Assembly: GCF_000150275.1 (NCBI RefSeq)
Contig: NW_002060943.1
Location: forward strand, 13,036,000 to 13,099,999
Direction of reading: 5' to 3'
From: Trichoplax adhaerens
Lineage: Eukaryota; Animalia; Placozoa
DNA length: 64,000 nt
Positions 14,129 to 31,589 of the stretch are shown here, piece by piece (position 1 is the stretch's first letter; every line of letters begins with the position of its first letter). The notes below the pieces were generated by a model that was not told where the DNA came from, ran no database searches, and saw nothing but the letters and a program-made list of their open reading frames with translations. Made by a program: the position numbers and the translations under genes.

Positions 14129-15430
14129 TTAGTTGTCATCGAGGACAATAGTTTCATGACCAGAAAACAATCCCTCCACCTTGGATAGAGTTGGAGTCTG
14201 GCAAATTTCTTTGGTGTCCGATCCACTACTTTCATCACTTTGCTCGCGAGATTTTGCTCTAACTAACTCTTCCTCTTTGCTTGTCCTTGTATCCTCTTGC
14301 TGGAATTTGGACGAAGGTATTTCTTTCTGTTGCAGATCAGGATCGATAATTTCTATCCTTCCTGGCATCCTGGTTGGTAATAATATGACCTTGCCTATAA
14401 ATCTTTGCGAATGGATTCGCTCCATAGCAATGTTAAATTCTTCTAGCGGATACATTGCATCAATCCTTGGTCGAACTACTCCTTCACTATATAATTTCAA
14501 GATATCATGCATGGCAGTCCGAACCCAATTGATACCGCTAGCATCCTGAACTAAATGCGTCAAGACAACACCACCAATCATTTTACAGTCCGCAATTAAA
14601 GTACTTAAATCTTGATGGAAAGTATTCCACCATTGCCTTGCAGCACCAAACCAAGTACGACTTTCTGCTGATCGTAAATTAGCACCGCCATACATAATAT
14701 GTTTACCTAATCGTTTGGTTAAGAAATAATTCTTACGATTATCGACACCTCTGTACGGATCCAAGACAATATCCACTCCATTAGGAGCAAATTGTCTAAT
14801 GTCAGTAACATAATCTCTGGATTTGCTATCAACAAGATAGTCATAGCCATGTTTTCGAGTGATAGATTGCCAAGAATGAGGGCAAGTTCCATATAATGTG
14901 ACATGGGGTACAGTCTTGCATAACTGTCCAACGGCTAAACCAACATCATCGAATGCTTGATGACAGAGAATACTTTTACCTTCTTTCAGACCTCCATATT
15001 CAAATAATAAAAAATAGGCTGTCAGGTAGCTAATAGGTATAGCAGCAGCTTCTTCAAAAGTCATCCCATTAGGCATAGAAAAAACCCATCCTAAAGCTAC
15101 TGAGACATATTCGCTCCAGCCACCAGACCAAGCTATGCCAATAACGCGATCACCCACTTCAAAGCTAGAAACACCTTGGCCGCATTCATCAATCGTGCCA
15201 GCTACCTCCATGCCTAAAACGCATGGTGGTCGTATCGTCATGGATAGATTTAACCCTTGTCTGGCCAATATATCATGATTATTGATGCTGCATGCTTCTA
15301 CCTTGATTAGGACATGGCCATTTTTGACATTGGATAATTCTTTCCTTTGTAGTTTGATTTTATTAATACCACCATAGCCGGTTAAAACTAATCTCTTATT
15401 CGTTCTCTTGCTTGGAAAAGCTTCTGCCAT
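14129..15430 (-). CDS. VAT1: Synaptic vesicle membrane protein VAT-1 / VAT1-like, zinc-independent MDR (quinone oxidoreductase-type) family; single coding exon
   Basis: 433-aa ORF with LVLTGYGG, D.LARQGL, PPCVLGMEVAG, GMTFEEAAAIPISYLTAY and PNGVDIVLDP motifs typical of VAT-1. Probable 5'UTR intron at about 15433-15558. Confidence 0.9.
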   Translation of the reverse strand: MAEAFPSKRTNKRLVLTGYGGINKIKLQRKELSNVKNGHVLIKVEACSINNHDILARQGLNLSMTIRPPCVLGMEVAGTIDECGQGVSSFEVGDRVIGIAWSGGWSEYVSVALGWVFSMPNGMTFEEAAAIPISYLTAYFLLFEYGGLKEGKSILCHQAFDDVGLAVGQLCKTVPHVTLYGTCPHSWQSITRKHGYDYLVDSKSRDYVTDIRQFAPNGVDIVLDPYRGVDNRKNYFLTKRLGKHIMYGGANLRSAESRTWFGAARQWWNTFHQDLSTLIADCKMIGGVVLTHLVQDASGINWVRTAMHDILKLYSEGVVRPRIDAMYPLEEFNIAMERIHSQRFIGKVILLPTRMPGRIEIIDPDLQQKEIPSSKFQQEDTRTSKEEELVRAKSREQSDESSGSDTKEICQTPTLSKVEGLFSGHETIVLDDN

Positions 15431-17857
15431 TTCTGCAATATCTGTTGAATGCTGTCTTGGTTCATTGAATGCGAAAAAATCAGAAATTTCATATCGAGAT
15501 AAATTTGCAAATTAAAGTTGGTTCTAATCTACATTAAGAAACGAAATACTAGACTTACAATAGAATGAAGAGGATACTAGGAGGGCGGTATTGGATAATT
15601 CAATTGAGATGAAATATCGTCTAGTTGCTACCTTAGTTAATTCTACGAAAGAAAAGGAAAATTAATTACAAGCTGTAGTTGTTATTTCAAGTTGGTTGTA
15701 CAATATATGAAAATACTAGAAAGATGAATGAAAATGCTACCATAAGGGCATTATTGAATCATTACTGCGTAATAAATGGGGGGAGGGGGAAATAGCGCCC
15801 AGTTACTATTATGGCAATTTTTAGTGACAGAAAATAAGAATTAATTTCAAGGTTGTTATTTAAAGCTCATTCATGCACTCTATTAGAAAAATAAAATACC
15901 TAAAAGAGGAATGAAGAGGATACCAGAATGAGCGTATTGGATGCGCAAAGATGTTAAAGTACATGAAATCGGAATGGAGACAAAAGATCGGCCAGTTTCT
16001 ACCCTGGCTACTTTAATGGCAAGAAAAAGAGAGTTAATTTCAAGATTGATTCCTTATTGAAAGTTCACTCTAGTACTCTACTAAGAAAAAGAATACCTAA
16101 TATGCGTAGAGGAATGCAGTGGATAGCAGAATGATGGTATTGGATCGATGGTGTGTTAAGACTGGGCTATTTGATAGCTTAATTTAGACAAATCTATTCA
16201 ATTTATTCTTAGATTTTAGTCTGCAATGGTAGCAGAGCGCTGTTACTACTGGTATGTTATGATCAATATATGCGCTGAAGAATAGAGTAAAGAAATAATA
16301 TTGGATAAAGTGATTGATGATTTCATACATAAAAAGGATTGATATAACACCTTGTGCTTTTATAATAAACATCTATCCTGTGGGATTATCATGGAGGGAA
16401 TCTTATTAATTGGTGAGATATCCAATCATTAGCGAATAGTGTTGACGATATCTAGGCGTAAATGCCATCCAAATCGTTACTATTGCTTGTCCTTTAGTCA
16501 AGATTGGTTTCTTCTTTTACTATATTCTCATTCTCCTAGCCTAGGTGAAAAGTAATGGTGTCAAAAATAATGTGCAGCCTATTGGTCATTTCTTCTCATG
16601 GATGTGAATGTCTATAAGTAATAGTCATGTAGTATTTGATGCTCGAGCTTATCAATATGGAAGTGGTTTTCTTAGCCATTTCTCGCTAATTGTTATTATT
16701 TGACAATACCATCACTGGCTATCGGCCGCTTTCTGCTCTACCGATATTCCTTGTAGTCAAGAATTTTTCCTGTGCAACGTTAATGAGGAAATTTTATTTG
16801 TCTTTTCCTTGAAAATCACCCCAGACAATGTCATACCTTACGTGCTATGCAGAACATGATCCAAAACGGTGTTTAGTTTGAATTAGTTTGAATTAGTCTA
16901 GCTTAAAGCAAATAGAATTAGTGGTCATGAGCTACAAGCCTATAACATTGTCATTGCGCACTGTTGTAGCTGTTAATTAATTGCCTTTCCTTAGATGAGA
17001 TAGCATTAAGCCCATAAAAGTATGAGCAAAACATGACGAGCGATATTCATGAATGAGAGTTGAATAACACTTTTCGTTAATGCATTTGCTCCTCTGATGC
17101 TGTCAAGACGAGCAAAGGATTATCTCATACGTATGGAATCATGCCCTAATTTATTCTAATGCTGAGTATTTTGAACAGGAATATAAGTCGTTTACTTGAA
17201 ATTCTAGCGGTAGCGATCCTAACCAGCTCTGACACAGAGTATTTTGAACCAGGAGATTAAAATCATTCAACTTGAAATTTAAAAGTGGTAGCAATCACAA
17301 TCTCCTCCGAAAAGGCGTACTTTGAGCAAAGAAATTCAAATCGTTAACTTCAAATCCATGCGGCACCAGTAAAAGTGTATTACGGAATATTCAATTAATC
17401 CATGATGCTATTCCTTGTCCTAAAAAAGTGCAGAAAATGCATCATGCAGCATTTCTTTATTTCCAGACTAGCATAACTAAATATAAAGCATCATATCATA
17501 CTATGGAAGCCAAGGGTATTGAGCAAGAATTGCAGTGTTCTAATATCTATTTATCAATTCAATTAGTTATGAAGCATAAGAATGTCACCTCCATATGAGT
17601 TTTGTACTTGCCCTATACTGCATTAATGATATATGCTTGTAAAAGTACGTTATTTATTTGCAGCTGTGATCATTGAAGGCAATGATTACTACTGTGTAAG
17701 AGTTTTGTACCTCCTTAAGACGATATGGCGAGTAATTATAGATGTCCATAAACGTACACTATTTATTTTCTTGGACGATCAATGCAGGCCATGATAAAGC
17801 ATGCTACTTCATAAGGGTTTTGCACTGTACTTCCAAAACTATATCAAATATATTAGC

Positions 17858-17960
17858 TATATATATATATATAATATATATATATATATATTACATATAT
17901 GATATATATGTTATATATAGATTATATATATATATATGTCAATATATATATATATATAAT
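17858..17960. repeat. Imperfect (TA)n microsatellite
   Basis: Direct reading of the sequence. Confidence 0.9.
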
Positions 17961-17994
17961 GTTCGCTAATAATAATATGCATACGTATACATTA

Positions 17995-18545
17995 TCTAGT
18001 AGTCCATGCATAATTTTTCTAGTAGTCCATAGACAACTTTTCTACTAGTCCATGGTCGACTGCATAATCCCAGCCATCATTGAACAGGTCGTCCATGGAA
18101 ATTTTTCTAGTAGTCCATGGACAACTTTCTACTAGTCCATGGTTGACTCCATAATCCTAGCTATCATTGAACAAGTCGTCCATGGTCAGACCAAGGACAA
18201 CTTTTCTAGTATCCCATGGACAACTTTCTACTAGTCCATGGTCGACTCCATAATCCTAGCTATCATTGAACAAGTCGTCCATGGTCAGACCAAGGACAAT
18301 TTTTCTAGTAGCCCATGGACAACTTTTCTACTAGTCCATGGTCGACTCCATTATTCCAGCAGACCATGGAAATTTTTCGAGTAGTCCATGGTCGACTGCA
18401 TAATCCCAGCTATCATTGAACAAGTCGTCCATGGTCAGACCAAGGACAATTTTTCTGGTAGGCCATAGACAATTTTTCCAGTAGTCCATGCATAATTTTT
18501 CTAGTAGTCCTTGGACAACTTTTCTACTAGTCCATGGCCATTAGT
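17995..18545. repeat. Modular tandem satellite built from ctagtagtccatgg / gtcgactccataatcc / atcattgaacaagtcgtccatgg blocks
   Basis: Blocks recur with variable ~90-150 bp periodicity and are rich in CCATGG, GTCGAC and CTAG palindromes. Confidence 0.9.
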
Positions 18546-18854
18546 CTGCCATGTCTATCCCAGTCTCTATAACTTCTGTTCCACCTCCAGTGGCGATGTC
18601 TATCTGGGCCAGGCCAGGACTCATGTCAGTACTACAGTCAATAGAATGTATCATGTAGTAGTGCGCTACAAGGGTATAGTACTGTGTTGGATCAAAAAGA
18701 CTACCGTAGCCATAGTGATGCAAAGCATTATAGACTCGTCGACTGGAAAGGCTTGCGATCAAACCATTGAATCGGGTAGTAGCGCTGACATTGGCGTTAA
18801 TAAACAAGGATCCATCGTCATTTCTTCTCGCTCAAGCATTTCTCCATTAGGATC

Positions 18855-21800
18855 ATGGCTCATCGTCAAGCAACCCACGCTGGCTCATGGTATAGTAGTT
18901 CAGGTGATGATGTATTGATATAGGATAGTCCACTAATTTGGCGTATTTTTCAATGCATTCGACACGGTAGCCACGCTTGGCTATTGTCACTTTCTTCTCC
19001 ACCATTTTCCACTCTATCCCAGCTCATCGTGCCTATTGATCGTAAAAATTCTCTTCTACCATAAGGCAATTTCCCCTTCTACCTGTATGCCAGTCTTTGA
19101 CTGTACATTATAGACTGAAAGACTTACTCTCATCCACAGCTTGCTAGTAGTTGTTGTTTTTTTCCTCTCATTTCTTGGCCGTTTGGCAATATTACGATAA
19201 TCAACGAAGTCATACTGTATGTAGACAGTTTTGAATGAATAACTTGGACTACCATTTCACTGTTGAAATGATCCAAAAATCCTCATTCAACTTTTTGGTC
19301 TCTTGTTAATGGAATCTAGATGATGTAGACAGCAAGTAAAGCCTTTGAAATGAGCCACAGTGTAGATATCTACATGTAAGAGATTGATGAAGTTTTCATC
19401 GTTAAAGTAAACATTCCATTCCCTTTCTCTCTACTCCGTGGATGGGCTTTGTATTGGATCAAGTAACTTTCTTGCCCAAACAAAAGGAATCAATCCTCTA
19501 TAGAACATGATACTCCAACAAAAAATAAGAGCCAGTCTAATAGCAGTAGAAGACTTCTGTTCTAAACTACCAAGAGTGATCTGTACTCTGAGAAGCCCCT
19601 TGTGCTATCCAGTCAACTGGGAACATTGACTTTGAGCATACTTGATTCCAACAAGATAGCGCTTATCCGGTCGAATAGGGTACGATACTGGTACAAATAG
19701 TACGAATAAAAGTTCAATGTTATGATGGAGATTGTAAATAGGATAGCACGCCATCAAGGTTAAAAAATCGTAAGACTGCTCGTTATGGCAGTAGTAAAAA
19801 GTAGTAATATCAATCAGCCACTTTAGGTTATGTAGGTACCCTTGCCAAGATGGGAAGGATCCTCAAAACTGACATAACTTGAGCCAATAACATAACGTTA
19901 GCCTAGCGTCATCATCATGGTTGATTTCGATAATTGCATACTGTACTGTATTAGAAAATCGATACTGTAAATGAAGATCTTGATAGTGTGGTACCATAGC
20001 TTGGCACATTAATTATGGCTATCTGTTTCCTGCTGTAGGATACTTTTACCAGTAAAACTACACATAGAGATAGACATGAGTGATGTATGAGCTTAGTATA
20101 GACCAGGGTACAAAAGAACTCAAATGAAACTTTTGAAAGGTTAATAGTTTCCCGATGAACCAGGACATGCTACATAAACCATAAGGCGATAGGTTTTTCC
20201 CAAATCATATTTGGCTTCACCGAAAACATGATCCATCTACACTTTAAAGGTACATTACCGTAGGAAATAGTTTAAAATAATAATCAGGCTTCTTATAAAG
20301 AATTCGAGAATGTGACTGTATGATATTCTCTGCAGTAGAGAACCATTCTTAAATGTTAGTTATAGGAACAGTGAATGTAGTAGTAAATATTATTATTTAC
20401 CCTAGATCGATCATCCGTTTTAAGCCATTCCCTATACTAGATCAACTGATAGAAATGCGATCACGAACCTACGTACTATCATGAACTACCACTGTACCTT
20501 GATAGTATTTATAGCTAAAGTAGCATTGTCTCACTAATATTCTATTTTTTATCTAACGGCTCATCCAATTTTCCCACATAGGCACTGAATTATCAAAACA
20601 ACTAGGTGGTTGGTTATCCAAAGTTGCAAATGGCAATACACCTGCTAAAGCGATCATTGCGCCGTAAGCAAATTAATAGTTGTTACTTTAAGGCTAGCAA
20701 CGATATCATAGCGAAATAGTTATCGACTCAGGTCTAGTAATATGGATCGGAACAACGGTCAAGGTTATTGATCGTACATAATCTTAAATGGATCATAACG
20801 ATACCAATCAATACCAAATGATATATAATCGTTAAATGTAGTTATACAACTTGTAGTTCATACGAATTGGTCTTGTGTTCGTTATACTAGCAGCTAGCTG
20901 ATAGGAAAGTACTGAATGCAATCATTTTTACTTCCTTGATAGTATAAATAGAAGTAGAAGAAGAGTTGGTCATTCATAACATGTTTGTTTATTACATACA
21001 CTTGATCAATTGCAATGTGATAATCACTTTATTGCATGTGCTGTATTTTAGGCATGCTGGCTATGCTTATTGTGGAGCTTGTGCAGCTTACGCTTATAAA
21101 CAGATTGACCCAAGAGGAATGTAAGTTTGATGAAATAGCACTTTTACAATTTTAAGAGATTGCCCCTATGACTACCATAATTCCAGTTTAGTCAACATGT
21201 GCAAGTCATCTATGAATTCTTAATAATAATGATAGTCCGAGTATTTTAGAAAAGTTAGCTAATATTGAGTAGGCAACTCCAAAGGTTAACAGTTCCGTTT
21301 GTAATGTTTGGTTACTCAAAGGCTGAAATGGCGACAGAATGATAGCATAAATCGTACTAAAAGTTTACGTCTATTTTCTTCTTTAAAATTGACAGCAAAA
21401 GAATATTCATATTAGGACCTTCACATCATTATTATCTGACCAAATGTGCAATAAGTATGACGAGTCAATGTAATACTCCTCTTTATCCACTGCAAGTCGA
21501 TACCGAAAGTAAGCTTTGCTAGTCATTATTTCAATCGAGGCATAGACTGATTTTTCCCGTTTTATATAACAGTTAATAATCAGCTGTTAAAAACTGGAAA
21601 ATTTGATAAAATGTCCAAAAGTGTTGACGAAGACGAGCATAGTATTGAGATGCACCTTCCATATATTGCTCAAGTCATGTCCAGGTTAGTTGGTCAAGAT
21701 TAATAAAGATTTCATTAAAATAAACAATTGAACCTAATGCAAAACTGATGCCCAAGATATTGCATTTCAATTCATAGTCGATTTAAAATCAACTTCAATA

Positions 21801-23058
21801 ATAAACTATTTGACATTTATTATTTTCTATCAGTTAGTAGTGCATAAACATTGACTTTATCCTTGTATCCATAAAGCCGTATTATCTTATGGCAGCTACA
21901 ATTATCTACAATCCACTGTTGACCTACTACAATTTATCTTAACTGTGATTAAAACCATAAAAATTGTTTCTTGCGCTAGCCGCTCTCCGGATTCCTTTAC
22001 AATTGTACCGATTCTAGTTGGTGCGCTTGGATATAGGGAAGAGCTGATGTACGGAGAAATTTTCAGTCAATACCTTGTTGATCCTGAGAATTTATTTGTC
22101 ATCTCGTCGGACTTTTGTCACTGGGGTAAGTTTTACTTTCTGTTTTCAATGGAACAGTATGCTACTATGCCAAACCTGATTATATAGCGTTCACTTCTCC
22201 TTTATGGACGTATAGAATTAATTTAAGTAGGATTACGCAGACTTAATTTCGCAGACATCACTAGAGGGTTGTATTCAACAACCTAGCAGAGTTTTAATGT
22301 CGGGCGCAATTTTTTCAATATGTACAATAAATAAAATTAGAAGAATACTAATTGTATTATGACCTACTGCAATATTCTAGGTAAAAGATTTAGGTTTACG
22401 TACTATGAAAAATCTCACAAGCATATATTTTCATCCATTGAAGCCTTAGACAGAAAGGTACTTTTCAAAGAAGAGTAGAACACAGTTAAGATTAAATGCA
22501 CGAAAATATACGTGTATAAGTACAATATAATACTGTAGTTTGAAAGTTTCCTACTTGCATTATTGGTATCGCTGATGTGAGTGTTATATACTGTAATTCG
22601 AAATCCAGCAATCACTAGATGTAGTCGGGTAGATTAAAGTTGGATAGGATTGAGCAACATGGCTGTCTTATCTAAAATTTAAATTTTATACTACAGGGAA
22701 TGGACCTGATTGAACAACTGGATCCTGCTGGATTTCGTGAATACTTAGACAAGTATCAGAATACAATTTGTGGCCGGCACCCTATTGGTGTTCTGTTGCA
22801 AGTACGTATGATCATTCTGTAGCTACAGTAAACTAAGGCGATAGGGTAGCTGGCGCATTTATGAATGGATGCAGCCGTACTAGTCTTAATATTAATCATT
22901 TTCCTTTCTTTTTTTAGGCAATTGATGCCGTTAGGAAAAAGCAAAGGTCCAACATGAAAATGAGATTTTTAAATTATGCTCAATCGAGCCAATGTTTAAG
23001 TGCAAACGACAGCTCCGTTAGCTATGCTGCAGGAGTCTTTAATTTATCTACTTCGTAA
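18855..23058 (+). CDS. MEMO1: Protein MEMO1 (mediator of ErbB2-driven cell motility; AmmeMemoRadiSam protein B fold). Exons 18855-18903, 20582-20663, 21052-21120, 21396-21508, 21573-21684, 21980-22125, 22381-22457, 22697-22801, 22918-23058
   Basis: [76 protein letters not shown]...DSSVSYAAG. All introns are GT-AG and in phase. Confidence 0.96.
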
Positions 23059-24683
23059 CTTGTTGGTAACAAAGGCTATCAACGATAGGACATGCTTAAG
23101 TACATTGTAGTTTCTTATCAAGGATCTCCAATGATTTCTTAATTCGTTTCTCTAATATGATTGTCATTTGGCAGTTATGCTGCTGATGCAATTGTAACAT
23201 CTTGACGATTTGAATCGTATGTTGACTCAAAGTAAAATGACTCAGTTAGACTCTGACTAATAACACTAACAAAATACTACTCATGTGTAACTGTAGTTCA
23301 TCGATTCCATGTTCAATTAGCCCATGACATTGAAGTGTGTATTATATCCTTGGATATTATATAAAAGGAATTATTTCTAAAGCGAGCCTTGAATTCTATA
23401 ACTCAATGCTGTTGTAGCAATTGATAAGTAATGAGTCTAAAGTAGGAATCGTGCAAGTATATATATATATATGAATGACACCATCTTCATGTCCTTTTTA
23501 TTAAGTACGTAGCTATTGACAGTTAGGCCCAATACAGAATGAGAAGTTAATATACGTATATCATACTACAGTACGTTAAGGTAAACATTGAAGTTTAATT
23601 AAAGAAGCTCGAATAGTGTAACTAACTAATGTTAATTTAGCAAAGTCATTGATTATATAATTAGGAATTAATAATTCACTTAAATGAGGCTAAAGCCATA
23701 GAAATTGATTTGACAGTTGAAAGTCATCATTTACAGCTACGCACTCAATTATCTAACTCAACTAAAACGGTGAAAAGGATAGAGTTATTGAGAAGATTTT
23801 CTCGAAATTACTACGGACTCTTTCAAACAGAAAAAAATATATAGACACAACACAGTCACTATCATAGTATCAATTTTTCACCAGTCATTATAAAAAAAAA
23901 ATTGCAAATCATCACCAATACTGTTAGAACAGAACAGAACATGAAGTGCCTACATTCTTTAAAGCTTTACAGCACAAATATTCCAAAGACAGTAACAGCA
24001 GTTACAAACGAGTAATTCTGTTGCTGTCACTACGAACAAAGTAACATATTTAGAGGTACCGGTTAACGTTAAACTTTTTCCTTTCCTAAACATAGTTGTT
24101 AGGATAAAAAAAAGGCTAAGCTGAACTGCTAAATAGTAGATACACGTTTTACCGTAATATGTCAGCACCACGCTAATGATTATAGAAGTTGATCACTTAG
24201 AGACCTACTACTTTTACACTCAAGGAAAATGTTATCAAAAGCTACTGTAATCGTTCAGCAAGTACACTACGACCGCATCTAACGTAAATTGAATTTATTT
24301 AAATTGCAAACAGTAATTAAATGTGATTGGACTAAGATTGAAAATTGTTGCATTTCGTTACGTATTTGATAATTAGATTGACGAAAACCTCAACATTTCG
24401 AGTAATCTCACAAAAGATAGATGAAGCTGTCCATAGTCATAATAAATTTTAAGTCATAATTCTACGCCACTAACAAATTTTGCCTATTTACGTTGTATTA
24501 ATGGAATAGATAATCTACTTTTACAATGGTGATAGTACTAATTAAACGATATTAGTATTTCAAAATGTTGCTACTACGATATAGTGTAGTACAATAAGTA
24601 ATTTACTTGTAAGTCACCATCAATGAGCTGTTGTTGATCGTACTTAGAATATTCTATAGACCTTTCAATTTTGATAAGAAGTC

Positions 24684-28651
<3,968 letters not shown>

Positions 28652-29049
28652 GGTGGTTTGGCGATAATTCTATGTAGTTACAGTAATTAAAATGGATATA
28701 AAGGTAGTTGGGTTGAAAGATTTTCCTTGAAAGTGGAAGTGTAACCTAAAAGAAAGAATCAAGAACCGTTAGTTGAAGGCATAACCTGGATCCATTTGCA
28801 TTTTTCTGACTGCCTCCTGTCAAGGCTATTGTCAATGACTCCTTTACAGTCTACTCCAACACTGATTCAACACCTTTTTTCACTGGAACTTGGTGCCACT
28901 GAAAATTTCTCTTTTTTCTTCCTTCAGTACTCTCCAATCGCTGAATGGAGGAATACTGATAATCAAGAGTCTAAATGAAATAATCAATTGTATCTGACTA
29001 ATTGGAAAGTACAAGTTGGACAAGGTGGAAACTTGACAGCGTTGTAAAA

Positions 29050-29900
29050 GTCCTCCTAGCAAGCAAAATCCCAATCCACTGGCAACGATTTTTTTTTCTC
29101 CAACGAGACGTACAGTAAGTATCTGCTGCTGCTGTGGATATGACGTACTGCCCAGTCACCAATCATGCACCGTCTGACAGTGCGCAAACCCTTGTATGCA
29201 AATGAAGACGTAGCAAGGCTTACAGTACATACTGTACAGTACGGTATGGCTGGGTGTCCTTTTTCCCCTCCCAGGTGCATGACTGCTTTTTATCCCATAC
29301 GCCGCCATCAGACTGAAAGGGCACGATCGTACAGTACTGTAGACTGTAGAGTAGGCACGGCACCGGATGGCACCAATACCAAGTACTGTACAGTACGATG
29401 CTGTGTACAAATATGCAGTCTTGATCCATTACCGCGTGTGACCCTCGAAAAATCCTACAGTACTGTAATGTACAGTCTACAGTGCCACTGTAGACTGGTT
29501 TGGTACTGTCCTTGGTGACATGGAGCATGACGCAGCGACCACCCGTACTGTACAGTGTACAGTACGTCGCGTGCAGTACACAACGCTGTCGGATACAGTA
29601 CTATGTACTGTACGTACGACAGTATAAAGCACCTTTTTGGACAGGCAAGAGAAAAGCTCCTTTCTCTCCACGGTACTACAGACTGACTGTCTCCAGGACT
29701 GGAAATGGGTATCAGTTGACAGTGTACTGTGTATGTGTACAATGGACATCCAATTCATCGTGCCCTACCGTACAGTATCAGCTCAAACTGGCAACGTGTC
29801 CTTGGTGAGACTGTACGGTAGAGGCAGAAATCTCAGTTTTACCGCTACTGTTGAGACGCCCGATCGTAAAATTGGGGTGTCATTTCTGACAGTACAGTAA
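29050..29900. repeat. Low-complexity, relatively GC-rich tract dense in TACAGTAC / GTACTGTA / ACAGTACTGT palindromic motifs
   Basis: Many GTAC-centred motifs on both strands. Overlapping stop-poor ORFs in several frames encode repetitive TVQY/YCTV/YSTV peptides. Confidence 0.75.
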
Positions 29901-30104
29901 TGATTTTGCGAGCTTATACCTATCCAAGGTTGAAGGATTTCAACCCATGACTTGCCACTGCAGTGTTAAACACTGCTGCTCTACACTAGCGAAGTTGCTG
30001 CTTGCTCGCAGCTATGATGAAGGAATTTAAGCCCGCCGATAACGGAAGTCAGCAACAACTCGATAGTATGTCTGACCAATGTCCATCAGCTGAGAAAGAA
30101 GAAT

Positions 30105-30154
30105 NNNNNNNNNNNNNNNNNNNNNNNNNNNNNNNNNNNNNNNNNNNNNNNNNN
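30105..30154. other. Assembly gap (50 N)
   Basis: Run of N. Confidence 1.
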
Positions 30155-31589
30155 GACAGAATTGACAGTACAGTACTATACACTATAGTACTGTAGGTAT
30201 CGATAGATTCGAATCATTCCAATGATGGATTATTGTACGCATTTGGTCGATTTTCAGAATAGAATTTTGATACATCTAATTGGAGCACTTAGGATGTTCC
30301 AATTAAATTATTTATACAGTATATCATACTGTATAACATAGTATAGGAAATCAATGGGAAAATAGGATGACATCATGACCTGTAATGAATGCCATAACTG
30401 GTCACAAGTCATTGGGCTATGATATCATCCTGTAAAAATACTCGTAAATGGCAATAGTAACGCTGGAAAGAGAGATACCTTATTAATTAATTAATTAATA
30501 AAAGCATAAAATACATAAAAACAACTATGACCTCATTGATTAGTGCACTACTAGCAATGACGCGCGTACCTTAAGGTTAAAGAACGAAAGCTTATAGTAC
30601 AACAGTACAGTACAGATTGGGATACTCGTCCATAATGAATTCATATGTTACGAATATAATTCAATAATATAATTATCGTAGTAATAGCGCTGCTCGCTGT
30701 TCAATTGCAGAAGTAGAAACGCTGATTTCATGAAGAAATCATGATGATACGCTCATTTTATGAAGAAATCATTTTGATTCTAGTCCATCGACATGTAAGG
30801 AATAGTTTAATAAACGGACAAAGTCAATATGACTCATCATCCAATTCCATGACAGCTTTACAATTTCCAATACCTCTGCGATGGTACAAAGATCATGGCT
30901 GTATTTTAAAACTCTATTAATATGATCTTAACATTCTACTTGGCTGCGTATCATCAGTCAATTCGCTTTCATCATCAAGTGGACATTGACATCATAATTA
31001 GTCTTGGCAGGTAAAATAAAAAAATTATCCATACAACGTGGAATCGGTGGAATATCATCAACCAGCAAGCGCTTAAGCTCGACCACAATATTTTCGAATT
31101 GATGTAGATGATGTAAACGGTCAACCTAACCTGAATATTCATTCATTGTACAAGGGCTACTCTATTCTATTCAGCAACATGTCGGCACTTAGTTGCGCTT
31201 CTTTAGATAATTTTAAGTGCTAATAGGACAATCTACCTTGACTGCCGTGCTCTTGATATGTTGTCACAGTACATAGCACAAGATTATCTTCAAGCCTTGA
31301 AGAAGTTAATACTAAATTTAATATAGTAAACCTGCATGTAAATTACGTGTTGTTTTTTTAACTAGCTTAGCTAAAATGATCGCCTACACCCTGATACCTA
31401 ATTTAAGGCTTTGAGAAAATATTTTCTACCTAATTTAGATAACAGTATTACAATAAAATCAGCCTTTAATTTAGAGTCAATGACCTCACTTTATGGCAGC
31501 GTGATAGAGTCCTGCATAAATTAAAATTGAATAGGACTACCATTAATTAGCACACAGTACCATTCTTGAGCTAAAAATAAGTTGAATTA

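Noticed and set aside
14181-14931. ORFs 14181-14549 (+) and 14719-14931 (-)
   Set aside because: Antisense or alternative-frame shadows of the VAT-1 CDS.
17995-18545. CRISPR-like appearance of recurring palindromic repeats
   Set aside because: The intervening sequences are themselves repeated, so there are no unique spacers. The context is eukaryotic and there are no cas genes.
18511-18918. 135-aa and 88-aa ORFs upstream of MEMO1
   Set aside because: They have non-ATG starts and no recognisable family. The first begins in the satellite and overlaps the real MEMO1 exon 1 in a different frame.
29056-29900. Several overlapping ORFs of 74-117 aa on both strands
   Set aside because: They are a by-product of stop-poor GTAC-rich low-complexity sequence, and the peptides are repetitive TVQY/YCTV.
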